A stretch of DNA of 64,000 nt from Nostoc sp. DedSLP03. Its GTDB lineage: Bacteria; Cyanobacteriota; Cyanobacteriia; Cyanobacteriales; Nostocaceae. Below, in pieces: positions 37,380 through 47,318 of the stretch. Both the position numbers and the translations under genes were made by a program. Under the pieces are notes generated by a model, which saw only the letters and a list, made by a program, of their open reading frames with translations, was not told where the DNA came from and made no database searches. Each line of letters opens with the position of its first letter. The stretch's first letter is position 1. Where the stretch lies: NCBI RefSeq assembly GCF_034530815.1, contig NZ_JAVRCK010000006.1, positions 8,988 to 72,987 on the forward strand, read 5' to 3'.

Positions 37380-38153
37380 TTACTCAAAGGTTGCTGCTGT
37401 ATTTACAGCAGTTGCGATCGCATTTTTAACAGCAATGTCTTTTTGTTCTAAAATGATATTTTCACTTTCAGTACGCGAAGCAACTACACCGCAAATAGCC
37501 GCTGCGGCAAAATTATATACTCCTGCCATCTTAAATAGCGTGCCGCATTCCATCTCATAATTCAAGATATTCAAGCGCCGATATTCTTCTGTAATGCCAT
37601 GCAGCGATCGCATTAAATTTGGATTGGCTGAATCAGTGCGTTCTTGTCCTTCGTAAAAAGTATCAACTGATGCCGTAATTCCGATATAATGTTCAACCTT
37701 TAATTCTCGTGCGGCTTTAACTAAAGCAACTGTGAGAAAAGGATCGGCTGCGGCTGGATATTCCACAGGCGCAATGTCATTTGCTGCACCTTGACGACAT
37801 AATGCTGCACTGCTAATAACAATGCTACCAACTGGTATATAAGGTTGAATCGAGCCGCAAGTTCCAATGCGAATAATTTGCCGGATTCCTACTTGTATCA
37901 ACTCGTTGACAACAATACTTAATGAAGGCGCACCCATACCACTTGTAGCTGATAAGATGGTGCGACCATTCGGTAAGTATCCTACATAGCTATTGAGTCC
38001 GCGATTTTCTGACAACACGCGTACATCTTGTAAATAAGTTTGGGCAATTAAGCGCGATCGCTCTGGATCGCCAGATAATAGAGCAATGCTGGGAGGCGAT
38101 GAACCTAAATCATCTTGCCCAAAGTCAATGTGATAGAAGTGTTTATTTGGCAT
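37380..38153 (-). CDS. PNP/UDP-family nucleoside phosphorylase (uridine phosphorylase-like)
   Basis: 257-aa ORF with family motifs (SATSGMGAPSLSIVVNEL, IRIGTCGS, NYEMECGTLF). Confidence 0.8.
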   Translation of the reverse strand: MPNKHFYHIDFGQDDLGSSPPSIALLSGDPERSRLIAQTYLQDVRVLSENRGLNSYVGYLPNGRTILSATSGMGAPSLSIVVNELIQVGIRQIIRIGTCGSIQPYIPVGSIVISSAALCRQGAANDIAPVEYPAAADPFLTVALVKAARELKVEHYIGITASVDTFYEGQERTDSANPNLMRSLHGITEEYRRLNILNYEMECGTLFKMAGVYNFAAAAICGVVASRTESENIILEQKDIAVKNAIATAVNTAATFE

Positions 38154-38180
38154 TAAATTTTAGATTTTGGATTATTTTAT

Positions 38181-38750
38181 TTACGAACCGTTTTTACCTT
38201 TCCATGTAAGATGCCATTGGTCATATAAATAAAACGGTGGAATAATCTTTTTGCGAATTTGTGCCATTTCTTCAGAGCGGTCAATACTTTGCATCAGATA
38301 ACCACTCTCAAAGATAAGTTCATGAACTTCCTCATATTTATAAGCAGCTTGAAAGCCAAGATGAACATATAGGTTATTAATAAAATTATTGACTACTAAT
38401 AAGCTTCCTGTAAATTCCACGAGATGATTGAGATCGTCATAAATAGCACTAGGATGACCTACAGGTGTATCTCGAAGAGAAGGGAAGACACCTATAAAAT
38501 CTTTTGCTCTACCTCTACCGTGTTTTATCATAAGTTTTTCTTTGAGGCTGAGATAGATAATTAATTCTTTTAAGCAAAGTGTCTGTTTTATTACCTTATA
38601 AGTACAACAATAGCCTCGCCAACAAGCTGTTGTACCCCATTGAGGAGAAAAACCGTGTTGCGTTGGCTCAAATAATCCCACACCATCAACACTTGCAATA
38701 CAGAATATTTGACTTTTATAAATTAATTGATCGCTAATTTGACCAGTCAT
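38181..38750 (-). CDS. hypothetical Cys-rich protein
   Basis: 189-aa ORF with an ATG start, lying 27 nt upstream of the phosphorylase gene. Contains the motif ACWRGYCCTYKV. No family recognised. Confidence 0.5.
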   Translation of the reverse strand: MTGQISDQLIYKSQIFCIASVDGVGLFEPTQHGFSPQWGTTACWRGYCCTYKVIKQTLCLKELIIYLSLKEKLMIKHGRGRAKDFIGVFPSLRDTPVGHPSAIYDDLNHLVEFTGSLLVVNNFINNLYVHLGFQAAYKYEEVHELIFESGYLMQSIDRSEEMAQIRKKIIPPFYLYDQWHLTWKGKNGS

Positions 38751-38880
38751 TTTTTTCTTATATATTTAAGGGAAGCCACTTGCTCCACTTGCGATATCCC
38801 CAAATGGAGCAGTTGGCGTAAATTAGGAGGGAATGTGCGAAGCGTACCAGGTTTCAGATTTTAAATTCGTAACTCCTGCT

Positions 38881-39480
38881 TTACCTAAAATCTCCTCCTT
38901 CCCATATCTGAAGTTGTCTTTCAGCCGCAACTATGCAATTGAGATATTTGGGTGGATAGAGAAAATGATCGTAAGCTAATGCCATCTGTCTAGCAGCTTC
39001 AGTGTATGGCACTCGTCCTATTCCTGTACCCAATCCAGGACAGGCAATGGTGTTAATTTTTTGCCCAGCGTGTTGATTATGCTGGCGAACTGCTAACAGC
39101 ATCGCCCACATTGCGATATGAGGAATATCTGTCCCAGCAATAATCATGGGAACTCGCATAGTGGGTGTATGAGCCAAAAAAGGATGTTTGTGATGACCTG
39201 TTTTCACAATCATAGATGTTCCCACAGGCTGTTCGCCCAAATAATCCTCAAGAATGTGCTGCTGGACTTTTGCCATTAAGGAACGACCGAAAAAACGGAT
39301 AATTGCCGCATCAATGCCACCATCCATCATGCCGAAAGAGTTAGCAGGGCTGACCATACAATCAAAATCTGGCAACCACTCGAAATAGTTATTCACTATT
39401 TCTACATTGGGTAAATAATTAAAATGCTGTTCAAAGGCTGCACACAACAAAGAGTCGGGAGCTACCAATATCAATTTCAA
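38881..39480 (-). CDS. macro-domain protein (ADP-ribose binding/hydrolase-like)
   Basis: 199-aa ORF with the motif SPANSFGMMDGGIDAAI and a later CPGLGTGIGRVP, as in stand-alone macro proteins. TTG start preceded by GGAGG. Confidence 0.65.
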   Translation of the reverse strand: MKLILVAPDSLLCAAFEQHFNYLPNVEIVNNYFEWLPDFDCMVSPANSFGMMDGGIDAAIIRFFGRSLMAKVQQHILEDYLGEQPVGTSMIVKTGHHKHPFLAHTPTMRVPMIIAGTDIPHIAMWAMLLAVRQHNQHAGQKINTIACPGLGTGIGRVPYTEAARQMALAYDHFLYPPKYLNCIVAAERQLQIWEGGDFR

Positions 39481-39646
39481 GCTTTTATTTCCTCCGCTTG
39501 AATACCTATTTTAAACGTCAGCTAGGGCAATAATCAACGGTTTTTCTGTATTATCAGCCTTGTCTTTTATTTATACTACACATATAATACAAAACGTATT
39601 ACCACATAAGTGGTGGCTGTTTGTCGCTTAAACAAAAGGAAATTTT

Positions 39647-41650
39647 ATGATTCCCCGAACACGCATCCGAAATATTGGTATCTCTGCCCACATCGACTCT
39701 GGTAAAACTACGCTATCAGAGCGAATTCTCTTCTACACGGGCAGAATCCACGCTATTGAGGAAGTGCGGGGAGGCGGTAAGGGTGCAACGATGGATTTTA
39801 TGCCAGAAGAAAAGCTGCATGGTATAACCATCACTTCCGCTGCTACAACCTGTCAGTGGCACGATACTCAAATTAACTTGATTGATACACCTGGACACGT
39901 AGATTTCACAATTGAAGTAGAACGCGCCCTGCGGGTATTGGATGGAGCAGTGATGGTGCTGTGTGCTGTGGCGGGTGTGCAGTCCCAGTCCATTACTGTG
40001 GATCGGCAAATGAAGCGCTACCGTGTGCCGCGTTTGGCGTTCATCAACAAAATGGATCGGACGGGAGCAGATCCATTTCGTGTAGTACAAGGAATACGCG
40101 ATCGCTTGCAACTAAATGCAATGTTGCTCCAGTACCCTATCGGCAGTGAAGATCAATTCCAGGGAGTCATTGACCTGATAGAAATGACTGCTAACTACTT
40201 TGAAGGTGAAAACGGGGAAAACTGCGTGAAAAAGCCAATTCCTGAACCTCTTAGGGATGAGGCGCAACAAGCACGGGAGAAACTGCTAGATACTTTGTCG
40301 CTGTTCTCAGAACCGATGACCGAGATGCTACTGGCGGGTGAGGAAATTCCCAAAGCATTAATTTGGCAAACCATTCGACAGGCAACCTTGAGTCTAGAAT
40401 TCACACCTGTACTGCTGGGTTCGGCATTCAAAAATAAAGGAGTGCAAAACTTATTAGATGCAGTTGCACTGTATCTACCATCTCCCGTAGATAGAGAAGT
40501 GGTCAAAACCGCAGAGTCGGTGAGTGTCTACCCTAACCCCGATGCTTCCTTGGTAGCATTGGCATTTAAACTCACCGTTGAATCTTTTGGGCAATTGACT
40601 TATACCCGGATTTACTCTGGGACACTCAAACCCGGCGATACCGTCTACAACTCACGGACTGAACAGCGAGTGCAAATCGGTCGTTTGGTGAGAATGCACG
40701 CCAATAAGCGAGAAGAGGTAAAAGTTGCCGTTGCTGGGGATATTGTGGCTCTGTTGGGTGTGGATTGTGCTTCTGGTGATACATTCTGTTCTGGGGAACC
40801 ACTGGTATCTCTAGAAAAAATGTTTGTGCCGGAACCAGTGATTACGCTGGCGATTACGCCCAAAAAACAGGAAGATAGCGATCGCCTTTCCAAGGCACTC
40901 AATCGCTTTCAAAGGGAAGATCCTACCTTCCGGTTGAGCATCGATCCCGAATCAGGCGCAACTCTAATTTCTGGGATGGGCGAACTCCACTTAGAAATCT
41001 ATCTCGAACGCATTCAACGAGAATATAATGCTGAGGTCTACGTTGGTAATCCCGCCGTGGCGTACCGCGAAACCATTGCACAACAAGCTACCTTTGACTA
41101 CCGATTCAAGAAACAATCAGGCGGCCCCGGTCAGTACGCCCATATTACTGGGTGGATTGAACCTACAGATGAGCCGTTTGTCTTTGAGAATCGGGTAGTT
41201 GGGGGTGCGATTCCTAAAGAATACATCCCGGCTTGTGAGAAAGGTTGCCGTGAGGCGATGGAATCAGGACAACTGGAAGGCTATCCGGTAACTGGGGTGA
41301 AAGTCGTTTTGGATGGTGGTTCTTATCACCCAATTGACTCTTCAGAATTGGCTTTCCGGTCAGCATCTCATCAAGCAATTGAAGGTGCGATCGCTAAAGC
41401 CAAACCATACGTCCTGGAACCCATCATGCTTGTAGAGGTGGAAACACCCAACGAGTTTATGGGAAGAGTTCAGGGTGACTTTTCCTCTCGTCGAGGTTTG
41501 TTGTTGGGTTCCGAGACAATGCAGGGGTACACGGTGATTCGGGCAGAAGTACCGCTGGCACGAATGTTTGGGTATTCTACAGAATTGCGATCGCTTACTT
41601 CTGGTATGGCTACTTTCTCAATGGAATTTGCCTGCTATCGCCAGTCCTAA
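39647..41650 (+). CDS. elongation factor G paralog (not in an str operon)
   Basis: 667-aa ORF with the G domain AHIDSGKTT, DTPGHVDF, NKMD and EF-G domains II-V along its full length. Confidence 0.88.
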   Translation: MIPRTRIRNIGISAHIDSGKTTLSERILFYTGRIHAIEEVRGGGKGATMDFMPEEKLHGITITSAATTCQWHDTQINLIDTPGHVDFTIEVERALRVLDGAVMVLCAVAGVQSQSITVDRQMKRYRVPRLAFINKMDRTGADPFRVVQGIRDRLQLNAMLLQYPIGSEDQFQGVIDLIEMTANYFEGENGENCVKKPIPEPLRDEAQQAREKLLDTLSLFSEPMTEMLLAGEEIPKALIWQTIRQATLSLEFTPVLLGSAFKNKGVQNLLDAVALYLPSPVDREVVKTAESVSVYPNPDASLVALAFKLTVESFGQLTYTRIYSGTLKPGDTVYNSRTEQRVQIGRLVRMHANKREEVKVAVAGDIVALLGVDCASGDTFCSGEPLVSLEKMFVPEPVITLAITPKKQEDSDRLSKALNRFQREDPTFRLSIDPESGATLISGMGELHLEIYLERIQREYNAEVYVGNPAVAYRETIAQQATFDYRFKKQSGGPGQYAHITGWIEPTDEPFVFENRVVGGAIPKEYIPACEKGCREAMESGQLEGYPVTGVKVVLDGGSYHPIDSSELAFRSASHQAIEGAIAKAKPYVLEPIMLVEVETPNEFMGRVQGDFSSRRGLLLGSETMQGYTVIRAEVPLARMFGYSTELRSLTSGMATFSMEFACYRQS

Positions 41651-41668
41651 CATCTTGAAGTAGCTTTT

Positions 41669-41695
41669 AGGGACACAGTTAGGCTGTGTCCCTTT
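41669..41695 (+). terminator. rho-independent terminator of the EF-G paralog
   Basis: Stem agggacacag / ctgtgtccct (10 bp) with loop ttagg, followed by ttt. Confidence 0.7.
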
Positions 41696-41794
41696 CAATT
41701 CGGGAACTCCAAAAAATAAATTATGGAGGATGAGGAAAACAAGCAATTCCCACAGTCATCAAGACAGTTCAGAATGAGCAACAAAACCCTCATA

Positions 41795-41819
41795 TAGAGA
41801 GGCGATTTATCGCGTCTTA
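41795..41819. repeat. small palindromic dispersed repeat (degenerate GAGACGCGAT..ATCGCGTCTC family)
   Basis: tagagaggcgatttatcgcgtctta. Confidence 0.7.
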
Positions 41820-41943
41820 AAAGACCAATAACCCTTAACTTAACTTTGTGCAATGATATCGAGACTATTACGGTAAATAAAAAAACATTCCGGATTATAT
41901 CCTACTCATAGCAATAGTCTCGATACCAGAATTGGTAATTACT

Positions 41944-43182
41944 TCAGAAAATAGTCAATCTATATTTACCGTGTTCCTGTGGATTTTTGGAAGTAATAAC
42001 TATATAGTATGTATCATCTTCAGGCAACCTAGCTCGGTCAATTAAAGCACTGTAGACACCACTTTTGTCTTTGTCTTTATCAATCGCGATCGTCTGTCCT
42101 TTAGAATTTAGCAAAGCTACATAAGGAGAAAACTCTTCATCAACACTATCAACACGAATACTTATCAGCTGATTTTTTCTACCTTGAAAATTAGAAACAT
42201 TATAAGCGCCTCCATTTTGTTTCAAGGTTGAGCTTTTGGCAGTTAGTTGATCTGATTCATCTAAAGTATAGCTAGCTCTATCATTCCTGAGAGCCAAACT
42301 ATAGCGGCCTGTATCTCCAGGATCTTGGCTAGTAACTGCAATCTTATAAATACCATTCTTAGGCAGTCGCGCAAAAATAAATGCATCATCACCACCACTG
42401 TTTTTATCCAAAGCGCCTTTTTTAACAATGATATTGTTATCAGGATCGTGCAGAAACAACAACGGTTTTAAACTCAAGTTATTGGATCTGCGTGTATCAT
42501 TACTGCCAATCAGCCTAATTTGAACTAATTGATTTTCTCTGCCCTCAAACTCATAGAAATGAAAATATCTACCTTCAGATTGAAAGTCACCTTTACTCAG
42601 AATACCTAATGCAACATCTACAAAGTTAATCTCTTTGTAAGTTGGTGTTGCTGGTGAAGAAATCGCTGAATTATTGAGATTTTGGTTCCCTGTAGCGACA
42701 TTATAACTTGACTTGCGAACTCTCCCAGAGCCACCATTAGAACGATTGGCGTTTGAGTTAGCAATTCTAGCTCTAGACGATCTAGATGCAGAGCTACCAC
42801 CATTGGAACGATTAGAATTTGAGTTAGCAGTCCTACGTCTAGATGCTCTAGGAGTAGAGCTATTATCTGAAACCCTGGAAGTTCGCTGAGAAGTTTCTCT
42901 ATGAGAAGATACACGAGGAGCCTTTTGTACTGGTGACTCAATAGATATCTTCCGTCTTGGAGATATTGATGCCTGAGAAGCAGGAATTTGCTCAATTCCT
43001 TTTTTTACAGCTTCTGGTTGTCTCTCATCTGGTGATTTAGCAATTATGAAATCTTGAGAACTTTGAGATTTCACCAAAGCACTTATAGGCAGCACATTAC
43101 TTGTAATTAACAAACTACAACTCACGCAACCAATTAAAACATGACTTAATTTGCAACGATAGTTTTTGTTGTCTAATAGCAT
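41944..43182 (-). CDS. secreted protein with an Arg/Ser/Asn-rich repeat region and two PPC-like (pre-peptidase C-terminal type) beta domains
   Basis: 412-aa ORF with a signal-like N-terminus and an internal 22-aa duplication. Two similar ~100-aa modules (..YFHFYEFEGRENQLVQIRL.. and ..YNVSNFQGRKNQLISIRV..) each end in GxYxLxx. Confidence 0.55.
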   Translation of the reverse strand: MLLDNKNYRCKLSHVLIGCVSCSLLITSNVLPISALVKSQSSQDFIIAKSPDERQPEAVKKGIEQIPASQASISPRRKISIESPVQKAPRVSSHRETSQRTSRVSDNSSTPRASRRRTANSNSNRSNGGSSASRSSRARIANSNANRSNGGSGRVRKSSYNVATGNQNLNNSAISSPATPTYKEINFVDVALGILSKGDFQSEGRYFHFYEFEGRENQLVQIRLIGSNDTRRSNNLSLKPLLFLHDPDNNIIVKKGALDKNSGGDDAFIFARLPKNGIYKIAVTSQDPGDTGRYSLALRNDRASYTLDESDQLTAKSSTLKQNGGAYNVSNFQGRKNQLISIRVDSVDEEFSPYVALLNSKGQTIAIDKDKDKSGVYSALIDRARLPEDDTYYIVITSKNPQEHGKYRLTIF

Positions 43183-43728
43183 AATTACGCTCCTAATTTT
43201 GCTGATAATTTTGTCTCTTTCTGAAAGACAAAATTAATACTAGTTGCTGTTTTAGCCACAGCAGTTATGTAAATGTAAAGGGAAATTTAGCGTATATACT
43301 TTAGCGGCTTGCTAAAGGCATCGCCTGTAATCAAATGAATTCGTATATCTTACATACCCAAATGTTTGCCACAATCAAATCTGAAAAATTGTATTTTCAA
43401 TTTAGACTACTAGAGGAAATCTCAATTTCGTAGGTATATACTGAGCTACAAACTTAAATTGCTGCTTTTCGGAATTTTGCCCAGATATTTTTGTAAACCT
43501 GACTAAATTGCTCATACAGATGTAATACACAAGCAGGCCTGACGCCCATCAATTCGTCAAAAGGCATCGCTCAAACACAATTTTTTGCAATTTATCTAAA
43601 TTGTTCAATACCTGATGAGGTAAGGAAATTGAGGATTTGTATGTTGTCTCAGTGATATTTACTAACAACAGAGATTATACTGCATGACTTAAGATGAATA
43701 TATACCCCAACTGAAATGGATTCCCAGT

Positions 43729-45801
43729 ATGCTCTGTTGTGTGAATCCCGATTGCCAAAAACCCTTAAATCCTGATAAAAACAACTATTGCCACAGTTGT
43801 AGAGCGGAATTGATACCCCTGTTAGGAGGTCGCTATCGTCCCACTCAGGTTTTATCAGACGAGGGTGGATTTGGTAGAACCTATCTAGCCAAAGATATAC
43901 ACAAACTGAATGAATGCTGTGTTGTTAAGCAATTTGCGCCAAAACTTCAGGGAACTGGGCCGCTAACTAAGGCCGTTGAACTATTTAAACAAGAAGCGAG
44001 CCGACTGCAAGAACTGGCAGAACATCCACAAATTCCAACTTTATTGGCTTATTTTGAGCAAAATAGCTATCTCTTTTTGGTGCAGCAGTTTATCGATGGG
44101 CAAAACTTGCTCAAAGAATCGGAAACGCGGGCAAACTATAACGAAACGGAGATTCGCCAACTTTTGCTAGATTTACTGCCAGTACTGAAGTTTATCCATC
44201 TGCGGGGAGTGATTCACCGAGATATCAAGCCACAGAATATTATTCGCCGTCAAAGTGACGGGCGATTAATCCTCATTGATTTTGGAGCTTCCAAACTGTT
44301 GACAGCAACAGTGCATACTAGAATGGGCACTGTGATTGGCTCACACGGTTACACTGCACTTGAACAGATGCAAGAGGGAAAAGCTTACCCAGCCAGTGAT
44401 TTATTCAGTTTGGGGGCTACTTGTTTTCATCTCCTGACTGGGGTTCGCCCATCTCAACTGTGGATACACCAGGGTTATGGTTGGGTTGCATCTTGGCGGC
44501 AACATTTAACCAGTTCAGGTAGGGACGGGATTTCTATATCTGTAAAGTTGGGTGAAGTTTTGGATAAGCTGTTGCAATTAGACATCCAAAAGCGTTATCA
44601 ATCGGCTGATGAAGTCATCAATGACTTGACACCTCAAATACCATCCTTGTCATCAGTGCCCCCAACTATACTGACAACAACATTTGCAGCTCCCCCAGCA
44701 AACAAGGTGCTAGTTTCACCAAAATCAAATAACAATCTGAAAAGTCAACTGCTGTTAGGTTCTAGCATTTTAGTGTTGGGATTAGGGGGAGTTTGGTATT
44801 TTCAGTCTCGTCCCCAGATAGTCAGCGAGGCTCCTCAACCTATTTCTCAGCCTGTTTCTCAGCCTATTCAGCCCCAAAAAAACGTCTCAGAAAATTCTTA
44901 TTCACCCAAACCCTTCAAGGGGCATTCTAGTGACGTGAATTCCGTAGCTTTCAGTCCTGATGGTACAACCCTTGGCAGTGCCAGTGATGATAAGACAATC
45001 AAGCTATGGAATCTGACAGGTGGACAGGAAATCCGCACTTTAGAAGGACATTCTAATTGGATTTGGACTATAGCTTTCAGTCCTGATAGCAAAATCCTCG
45101 CTAGTGGCAGTGCGGACAAGACAATCAAACTGTGGAATGTGGAAACAGGAAAGTTAATCCGCACCTTACAGGGAAATAGCGATGGAGTTACTTCTGTAGC
45201 TTTCAGTCCTGATGGCAAAACCCTTGCCAGTGGCAGTGCTAGTAAGGATATGAAAATCAAACTGTGGAATCTGGAGACAGGAAAGTTAATCCGCACCTTA
45301 GAGGGACATACCAGTGGTGTTGCATCTGTAGTTTTCAGTCCTGATGGTAAAACCCTTGCCAGCGGTAGCTGGGATAAAACAATTAAATTGTGGAATCTAG
45401 GGACAGGAAAGTTAATCCGCACCTTAGAGGGAAATGCAGAGTCGATTCTCTCAGTCGCTTTTGCTCCCGATGGCGTCATCCTTGCCAGTGGCAGTAAAGA
45501 CAAGACAATTAAATTGTGGAATCTGAAAACAGGAAAGTTAATCCACACCTTAAAAGGACATAATGATAAAGTTAATTCTGTCGCCTTTTTGCGAAGCGTA
45601 GGTTCAAATGGTATCACCCTTGTAAGTGGCAGTAGTGACAAGACAATCAAACTTTGGAACCCAGTCACCGGAACGGAAATTCGCACTTTGGAGACAGGTT
45701 CTGGATATATTTATGCTGTTGCCATTAGTCCAGATGGACAAACCATTGCCGGTGGTGGAAGTGGTGAAAACATTCTCAAAATTTGGCAGATGATTAATTA
45801 A
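43729..45801 (+). CDS. Ser/Thr protein kinase with N-terminal 4-Cys zinc-ribbon-like prefix, TM segment and WD40 repeats
   Basis: 690-aa ORF. CCVNPDCQKPLNP...CHSC prefix, Hanks kinase motifs (HRDIKPQN, DFG, GSHGYTALE), a TM segment near residue 345, and about seven WD40 units (GH..V.SVAFSPDG..LASGS.DKTIKLWN). Confidence 0.9.
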   Translation: MLCCVNPDCQKPLNPDKNNYCHSCRAELIPLLGGRYRPTQVLSDEGGFGRTYLAKDIHKLNECCVVKQFAPKLQGTGPLTKAVELFKQEASRLQELAEHPQIPTLLAYFEQNSYLFLVQQFIDGQNLLKESETRANYNETEIRQLLLDLLPVLKFIHLRGVIHRDIKPQNIIRRQSDGRLILIDFGASKLLTATVHTRMGTVIGSHGYTALEQMQEGKAYPASDLFSLGATCFHLLTGVRPSQLWIHQGYGWVASWRQHLTSSGRDGISISVKLGEVLDKLLQLDIQKRYQSADEVINDLTPQIPSLSSVPPTILTTTFAAPPANKVLVSPKSNNNLKSQLLLGSSILVLGLGGVWYFQSRPQIVSEAPQPISQPVSQPIQPQKNVSENSYSPKPFKGHSSDVNSVAFSPDGTTLGSASDDKTIKLWNLTGGQEIRTLEGHSNWIWTIAFSPDSKILASGSADKTIKLWNVETGKLIRTLQGNSDGVTSVAFSPDGKTLASGSASKDMKIKLWNLETGKLIRTLEGHTSGVASVVFSPDGKTLASGSWDKTIKLWNLGTGKLIRTLEGNAESILSVAFAPDGVILASGSKDKTIKLWNLKTGKLIHTLKGHNDKVNSVAFLRSVGSNGITLVSGSSDKTIKLWNPVTGTEIRTLETGSGYIYAVAISPDGQTIAGGGSGENILKIWQMIN

Positions 45802-46055
45802 AAATATTTGATAGCGTACATTCAGAATACATTGCGACTTTTTTGGATTCTACCTGAAAAAGAACATTTAGCTGTGCAAAAATACCAAATTAATCTAGCT
45901 TCAAAAGATGATATTGGCGAAGACTGTATTATGGTAATATTCTGTACGTGTTTGGGATTATAGCTTGAAAAAAAATCTCAAAATCTATCCTGAAACCTAC
46001 AAAAGTGGATTAGATAAATTTTCTCCTGTGAAAAAATATCTTTAAATAAAAAGCT

Positions 46056-47318
46056 ATGATTAATATATTTTTTCTACTCGTACTATTTTCTTCAATTTTA
46101 GGGCGAATTAAATTTCCAGGAGTAAATATTGGTATTCATTATTTATTACTTCCTATATTTAGTTTGGGAATCATTAGTTTATCTTTAAAATCTATACCAA
46201 AAGTTGTTAAAAAACATAAAATAATTATGATATCTATAGGTCTGATGTATTTGTGGATGTGGCTTTCCTCATTAATGAGCAACTTTCCAAATATTGCTAT
46301 TATTTATAGTCTAAAATACTCAACTTATTACATATTATTTTTTGCTTTTTTAGTATTAACTTTTAAGAATCTAACCGCACCATCTTTAACATTTTATTAC
46401 CGTTGCATATTATACTTCCTACAGATAATTGCAGGTTTGGGTTTTTTAGAGGTTTTACTTCCTAATAACTGGATTTTTAAATTATTAAAGTTTCCTAGCT
46501 TTTATCCTGAGATTGGTTCGATTATGCAAAACCCTAATCAGTTTGGGGTCATAGTCGCCATTGGATTATGTTTAAGCCTGATTTTAGAAAAGCAGAATAA
46601 AATTTCTAAAATTGAATTACATATAAGCGAATTCATTTTTATAATTCCCTTAGCATTATCTGCCAGTGGGAATGGTTGGGTAATTTTTATAATTGGGATG
46701 TTTCTTTTGCTGATATATAAAATTATTAGTTTGAGAAAAATGATTTATCTAATCAGCTTGTTGTTTTTATTCATTGTAACTGCACCAGTTTCTACACGAA
46801 GAATTGGTTTGGCAGATAGTAAAATATTTCCATTAACTAATCTATTCTTAGAAAATTCAAGTTCGGTCAATCCAAATCAAAAAAAAATTCCTACTCTTAT
46901 GGGAACAGGTTTTTCTAGGTTTCAAATGTGGCAGGCAGCTATTAATGAAACTATTAAAAGACCATTTACTGGTATAGGCATAGGAGTTTTTCCAGACCAG
47001 ATAGGAGTTAAAGTTTGGGGAAAGAAAAGCTATCACGCACATAATATATTTTTAAATGTGTCAGCAGAGCAAGGAATTCCTGGATTATTGCTATTTACTA
47101 ATTTTTTAGTGAGAATAGCATTGAAAGTTAAATATGCTAATCCTTTAATTACTGTTCCAATTATTATGTTTTTAGCGTCTCAAATTCCAGATGTGTTTAC
47201 TGAAGATTATACTTTTACAACTATTGAGTTTTATTTTATAGCAGCGGCTATCAATTCTCGAAAAGATGTTGTCACGCAATTAAAACCTGAAATTATTGAA
47301 AATGCCAAAACACTATGA
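46056..47318 (+). CDS. O-antigen ligase/polymerase-like (Wzy_C) membrane protein
   Basis: 420-aa very hydrophobic, AT-rich ORF with a periplasmic-loop motif (SYHAHNIFLNVSAEQGIPGLLLF) typical of the O-antigen ligase family. Confidence 0.65.
   Translation: MINIFFLLVLFSSILGRIKFPGVNIGIHYLLLPIFSLGIISLSLKSIPKVVKKHKIIMISIGLMYLWMWLSSLMSNFPNIAIIYSLKYSTYYILFFAFLVLTFKNLTAPSLTFYYRCILYFLQIIAGLGFLEVLLPNNWIFKLLKFPSFYPEIGSIMQNPNQFGVIVAIGLCLSLILEKQNKISKIELHISEFIFIIPLALSASGNGWVIFIIGMFLLLIYKIISLRKMIYLISLLFLFIVTAPVSTRRIGLADSKIFPLTNLFLENSSSVNPNQKKIPTLMGTGFSRFQMWQAAINETIKRPFTGIGIGVFPDQIGVKVWGKKSYHAHNIFLNVSAEQGIPGLLLFTNFLVRIALKVKYANPLITVPIIMFLASQIPDVFTEDYTFTTIEFYFIAAAINSRKDVVTQLKPEIIENAKTL

Noticed and set aside
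38181-38750. Idea that orf189 is a 2H phosphoesterase (Appr>p cyclic phosphodiesterase) acting upstream of the macro protein, based on two HxS/Tx tetrapeptides (HPSA at residue 99, HLTW at residue 180).
   Set aside because: The second motif lies 9 residues from the C-terminus and the first is at mid-protein. This does not fit the two-lobed 2H fold, and tetrapeptide matches are expected by chance. It is kept only as a hypothesis to test by structure prediction.
41857-41925. Perfect 13-bp inverted repeat tatcgagactatt / aatagtctcgata, separated by 43 nt, just 3' of the PPC-like gene.
   Set aside because: It could be a terminator or a protein-binding site. However, the loop is long, no U-tract follows on the relevant strand, and I found no second copy. 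It is noted but not called.
44898-45686. 262-aa antisense ORF inside the WD40 region of the kinase gene, with similar antisense ORFs at 57799-58089 and 58141-58332.
   Set aside because: These are by-products of the 126-nt-period WD40 DNA repeat, which keeps the opposite strand open. The antisense translation is itself a meaningless periodic repeat, and the sense strand has clear kinase/WD40 motifs.
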